Shown here piece after piece: positions 43,536-64,000 of a stretch of 64,000 bases of DNA. The stretch's first letter is position 1; each line of letters begins with the position of its first letter. The stretch is from Amoebidium appalachense (lineage: Eukaryota; Protista; Ichthyosporea), in assembly GCA_963693365.1 (NCBI GenBank), contig CAVNZM010000015.1:5650624-5714623 (forward strand). Reading direction: 5' to 3'. The position numbers and the translations under genes were made by a program. Under the pieces are notes generated by a model that saw only the letters and a list, made by a program, of their open reading frames with translations, made no database searches and was not told where the DNA came from.

Positions 43536-44619
43536 GTACACTTACACTTACACACACACACACATACACACGCATACACACACACACACACGCACGCACG
43601 CACACACACACGCACGCACGCACACACACACACACACACGCACACACACACACACACACACACACCGGCTTCCTCCAGTTCCTACCTGCTTTAACATACA
43701 CATCCACCTGCACACAGACACGCATGGAATCCCCCCCCCCCCCCCCCCCCCCCCCCTCCCCCCCCCTCTTAGGTATAACCACCCCCCAACCCCCTCCACC
43801 CCACCACCACCACCTGAGACACACACCCCTCTCTCCAAACACACGCACCTGCGGTTGCGCCTGCGCGTGCACACAAAGACACACACACACGTGTGCACAC
43901 ACAAACATACTCACACACACAAAGACACACACACACACACTACACACTACACACTACACACACAGGCACATGCATACACACAGAGGCACACAAGCATGTC
44001 CATGCACGCGCACATGCACACACACACACACAACTTTGTTTCAACGCATATGCACGTGCAGCAGGTGAACCCCAACTGCCAAGGACAGTTTGGTTGCTGT
44101 TTGATTGCTAGTCAGAGCTGTTATTTTTTTTGTGAACTCGTGTCTTTTAGGAGATGGTCTAGCAAAAAGGAGGGTGGGGCTTGGGCCCGGGGGGGGGGGG
44201 GGGGGGGGTAGGATCGAAGCAAAATGCTTAGAACATGGGGAGGGTGTGGGGGATGTGGACTAAATATGGGTGAAGGTTGCCTGTGTGTAGGAGGTGGGGA
44301 GCAGAAAGTTGTGGGTACCTTCCTACTTGATTCCCCAATGTCCCTCCCTTTTGGACGTCCTATCCGCCCAGCCCCCTCCCCCTCATTCCCCCCTGATGAC
44401 TCCTATCCTTGCCTTAGTCTATGCATTTCCCTCTCCCCTCCCCCGGGCTTCCGTAAACAATACTTCAAAAAGGACAGCCACGCGGTACAGGTGGGGGTGG
44501 GGGGAGGGGGAGGAGAGGGTAGAATCCATGTGCCCTCTCTCTATTCTCTCTCCCCCTCCCCCTGTCTCTCTATCCTTCCCTCTCTCTCTTGCTAACTACA
44601 CCCTCTCACTTCATGTTGA

Positions 44620-44657
<38 letters not shown>

Positions 44658-44819
44658 CCGCCTTTCCGCTTGCATCTACTCGTATACTTTGTGTTTCGAA
44701 AGAGTGGAAATGGGTGTGATGGGGATGAGGGGTTGGGAGGTTTTCAACATCTTTTTCCGAGAGGTGGGTCGTGGTGACTGGGGTTGTTTTGGGGGGAGGG
44801 GGGGGGGGGGGGGAGGGGG

Positions 44820-44852
<33 letters not shown>

Positions 44853-45504
44853 AAAATGACCGTCGGGCTTTGAGGTGTGTTTTCTTTTCTTCTTCTTTTT
44901 TCTTTCTTTCTTTTTTTCTTTTCTTTTCTTTTTTTTTTTGGGTGGGGGGGAGGGGGGGGGGGGGGGGGGGGGGGTATGAGGGATTGTTTCCTGCTGTGGC
45001 TTTACGATGCTGATGCTAAACATGTCACTTACCCCCACATCCCCCCAGGCTCTTCACAGGAGACCACAACCTACCCCCCAACCACGGCCCATATCTGCAC
45101 CCGCAGACGTTGCCACCTGCCCCGCCACCACCACACAGCCCCATGCACCCCAACCATACATCCCCCCACGACCAGAAGGTGAAAAACCCCCCCAAGCAAT
45201 GGTAGGGGATGCAAGTGATTTTGCTAGCGCCTTCTATGATGCAAAACATGCGGGGGAGAGGGAACACCACCTGAGGAGGGAGTATGCATCACGTGACCCT
45301 GCACGTGCATTCCGTATCCAAAAAAGGGAAATGCAGAGACAGGAAGAGGCAGAGAGGCAGAGGGTGAGGCAGATAGAGAGGAGTGTGGGGGGGCAGGTGA
45401 GGGGTGAGGGGTTGGGACGGGCGGAGAGGAAGGAGTTGAGGGTGGCACAGGCACAGAGGGGCAGGAAAGACAGGCAGGGGGGTGGGGCAGGCGGGCGGAT
45501 GTGA
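43047..45504 (+). CDS. Hypothetical protein, 2 exons (about 260 aa), Pro/Ser-rich with a basic helical C-terminus
   Basis: ATG 43047-43373|GTAGGT ... ccccag|45049-45504 TGA; phase 0 join and non-repetitive coding-like sequence. Extra internal exons cannot be excluded. Confidence 0.65.
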
Positions 45505-45665
45505 GGAGGATGCTGTTTGGTTTCCGGCTCTTTCTTCCATGCATAGAGGCACACAAATCCGAGTAGGCCCACACCAGAAACTGTTGCTTTTACAGTGTGT
45601 GTGCGCGTTTAATGTGTATGTAAGCTTAGCGAGCACACTGCCATTAAGGCGGGCACAAGCACATT

Positions 45666-45718
<53 letters not shown>

Positions 45719-45740
45719 TTACACCCACACGCTATTTACA

Positions 45741-45817
<77 letters not shown>

Positions 45818-46237
45818 TTACACGCACACACCACCTCCATTGGGATCATGCTCTCCCTGTACTTGATGGGGATTGGATTATCATATGTGGACGTAGGAAA
45901 ATACATTTAACCCGCGGTAGTGTCTGTACATATAAATGTAAATTATTTTCCGTTTTTCTCTTCTTTTTAATTTCCAGTTCTATTGGTCATGCTATGCGAC
46001 CTGTACATACATATGGATTTAGCACGCCAACTGTGTTGGTGTTTTGCTGATTGGATTCAGTTTGATGACTGTGTGCACATGCACGTGTTTTTATAAAACT
46101 AAAAAAAGTAGGAATATAAAAAACAATAAAAAAAAGTAGGAATGAAAAAGTAGGAATATATATGCCCACATGTAGAAGGGTTTTCCGCTGTTCGTATACT
46201 CACCGGCACAGATCAAGGGACCAGTCTCGCTTATTGG

Positions 46238-46271
<34 letters not shown>

Positions 46272-46285
46272 TTTCGGGGAGGGGG

Positions 46286-46321
<36 letters not shown>

Positions 46322-47070
46322 GTGGATAACCTTCGAAGACACCCTGGGGTACGTGTACATGTCGAGGCTAATATTAGATGCACTCACAGCATACATGTCG
46401 AGGCTAATATTAGATGCACTCACAATGTGCACATGACTGGATGGACTTCTAGATCTTACATCGTGCACGTGACTCTTTTGTCTCAAACGACGTGCTGATT
46501 ATTAAATGAATCGTCAAAAGTGCATGCAAAAGGAGGATGGACGTAGGCAGGCACCAGGCCAGCCAAAACAAAAGAACATACCCAGCAGCCATTTGGTCAA
46601 GGACAAAGTCATGCACCACCCCCCGCCAACTATTGATGCCTGAACATGCAACGGGCCCCCAAGGCCGGTTACGTCTATTCAAGGCACAGTGCAGCCAGTC
46701 TCACATATCATGTTTTTTGCAATTGCTGGGTATATCCCCACAGGGTTATATCAACTACACGGAGATACCCAGTATATGAAATAAAGGGGGTAAGCTGCCT
46801 GACCCGCAGGCGTCAAATCTTCGTTACAGTCAGTGCCACCTACGTGCATGTATATCAGTTGTCGTGGAAAATACTTCACAAATATCCAAAATATATCCAA
46901 ACAAGCAAGGCCCCTCGTCTAGTGTGTGACCGTGCTGGAAAACCTAGTAAGCCATGCATGCGCATGCGCATGCGCGCACACGAGGGGCAGTGCTCCCATT
47001 CGATCTCACAGAACACAGACCGTGTAAACCAAACCTACTACAAATCGAAATATATCCAAACCCTAATATT

Positions 47071-47270
47071 AGTTCTCCAACCCATGCATTAATAGTTATC
47101 CAACCCATGCATTAATAGTTATCCAACCCATGCATTAATAGTTCTCCAACCCATGCATTAATAGTTATCCAACCGATGCATTAATAGTTATCCAACCCAT
47201 GCATTAATAGTTCTCCAACCCATGCATTAATAGTTATCCAACCCATGCATTAATAGTTATCCAACCATAC
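47071..47270. repeat. Minisatellite, 23-bp unit (agttatccaacccatgcattaat), about 8.5 copies
   Basis: Contiguous near-identical units with no spacers. Confidence 0.95.
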
Positions 47271-47384
47271 ATTGATGTATACCAAAACCAGCAAGAGATA
47301 TGCAACTCATGTATATATACGCGGCAGGCTAGCAGATTAGGACCTTCATTCCGTTTTGAAAACCTCTCTCACCGTCGAATCCAA

Positions 47385-51522
<4,138 letters not shown>

Positions 51523-52078
51523 GTTTGCTTATGGACAGCGCACAGAAAAATGGGAGAGGGGGAGGGACTTGGGTGCCGTAGGAAGTGCGAAAGCGCTAGT
51601 TGAAGTCCTGGCCAAGAGCGTGATATATGAACGGTCACAAAGGTATTGGTTTGTCCTTGCAAAACAGATGGTTCTACTAAAAAGATAGGCGACCAACAAC
51701 TCAGTTGTAAGGTTGACTGTTCAGAGTGCACGTGTTTTCCTGCGCTTTGTCATGTGGCTCACTGAAGTATCGGGCAATGAATGTATCAGCCACCACCGAT
51801 ATAAGTAATCCCGCTGATGGCCTATACACACATGCATCCAGGCATATATAGATACCGGGATCATGCATGGGGCTGGATAAGTACCGAGAGATAGGTACAC
51901 TGCTGATCAAGCTAATACTTGTACCAAGGGCCACGGCCACTTACTACCTGTACACGTGTACACTGGGGCGCAAGCGCACACATGCTGTGGCTCGCCCTGT
52001 ACCACGTGTATGCATATACACCGTAGCAACAAATCACGAAACTGCGAGAGCAATATTGGTATTGGCTTCATGATTACG

Positions 52079-52157
<79 letters not shown>

Positions 52158-52237
52158 ACAAAAAAAAAAAAAAAAAAAAAAAAAGAGGAGGAGGAGGAGG
52201 AGGAGGAGGAGGAGGAGGAGGTGGTGGTGGTGGTGGT

Positions 52238-52273
<36 letters not shown>

Positions 52274-52280
52274 CCCGGGG

Positions 52281-52318
<38 letters not shown>

Positions 52319-52837
52319 GGCCTATTACATCGCCGCATGAAGGCCTTCGACTAAATAGCCACACCCGTGGCTTTATAATCAATTTATTTATATTCCTGTT
52401 TACACGTGCACAATCGCAGCTACCTTCATATTCCATCATTCATTCCTGAGGTTACCACACTGTAGTTACCACATCGGGCAGTTTTGACTTCCGCCAGAGT
52501 CCTCTAACAAGAGAAACACTGTGTTCTACATTTGACCTTATGCTTGCACGGTATAAGTAAGTGCACGGGGTGTCGACACGGTACCAACGGCCTAAACCCC
52601 ATCATCTCGCAGCTACCAAACAGTAACAATAAGCGAATTATGCCTCAATAAAATCTGATAAACAAATGGTTCCAATTATACCCTAGACAAAATCCAATAA
52701 AATCTGAGAAATAGTTTCAATTTCACGATATACAAGATGTAAATCAGTAAAAGGTGATAGTTCAACTTAAGGTTCTAGACGAATCATGAGATTCCCCTTG
52801 CCCTCCCCCCCCCCCCCCCCTCCCTCCCTCCCCGCCT

Positions 52838-63861
<11,024 letters not shown>

Positions 63862-64000
63862 CTGAATGGGTTAAAGGGGGGGTTGATTAGTGTTGCACGT
63901 GTGCACGAGAGCTAAAAGAACAAAAAAAACCCACACAATTGACCTTCCAGAAGCATAGCAGACACTCTAGGCTGAGTGTGGATTCTTTGCATTAGCAAGC

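Noticed and set aside
47071-47270. CRISPR-like array
   Set aside because: The units are contiguous with no unique spacers, there are no cas genes, and the context is eukaryotic.

Overview
Eukaryotic, intron-rich window with very dense (CA)n/(GT)n, (CGCA)n, (CT)n and poly-C/poly-G/poly-A tracts; almost all short ORFs in the supplied track are translations of these repeats. Tracing GT-AG exons by hand with phase checks gives six genes: IQSEC/BRAG-type ARF-GEF (IQ-Sec7-PH, minus), SPF27/BCAS2 (minus), a syntenin-like tandem-PDZ protein (minus), a divergent two-exon hypothetical gene (plus), ZNHIT3 (minus) and a 5'-incomplete RIF1 with an animal-type C-terminus (minus). The gene set suggests a holozoan, possibly unicellular (inference only). 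The centre (about 21.9-31 kb) is a retroelement nest: an apparently young Ngaro-like tyrosine-recombinase retrotransposon with split direct repeats sits inside a LINE RT ORF, and its empty site can be rebuilt in frame. A second related LINE follows, headed by a tRNA-like segment. Introns carry several MITE/foldback elements and two families of small TG...CA elements embedded in poly-G runs. Many introns begin with (GT)n and/or have (AC)n instead of a polypyrimidine tract before the AG. Three apparent frameshifts fall in C/G runs and are probably assembly errors. All protein identities come from motif recognition by eye, not database searches.
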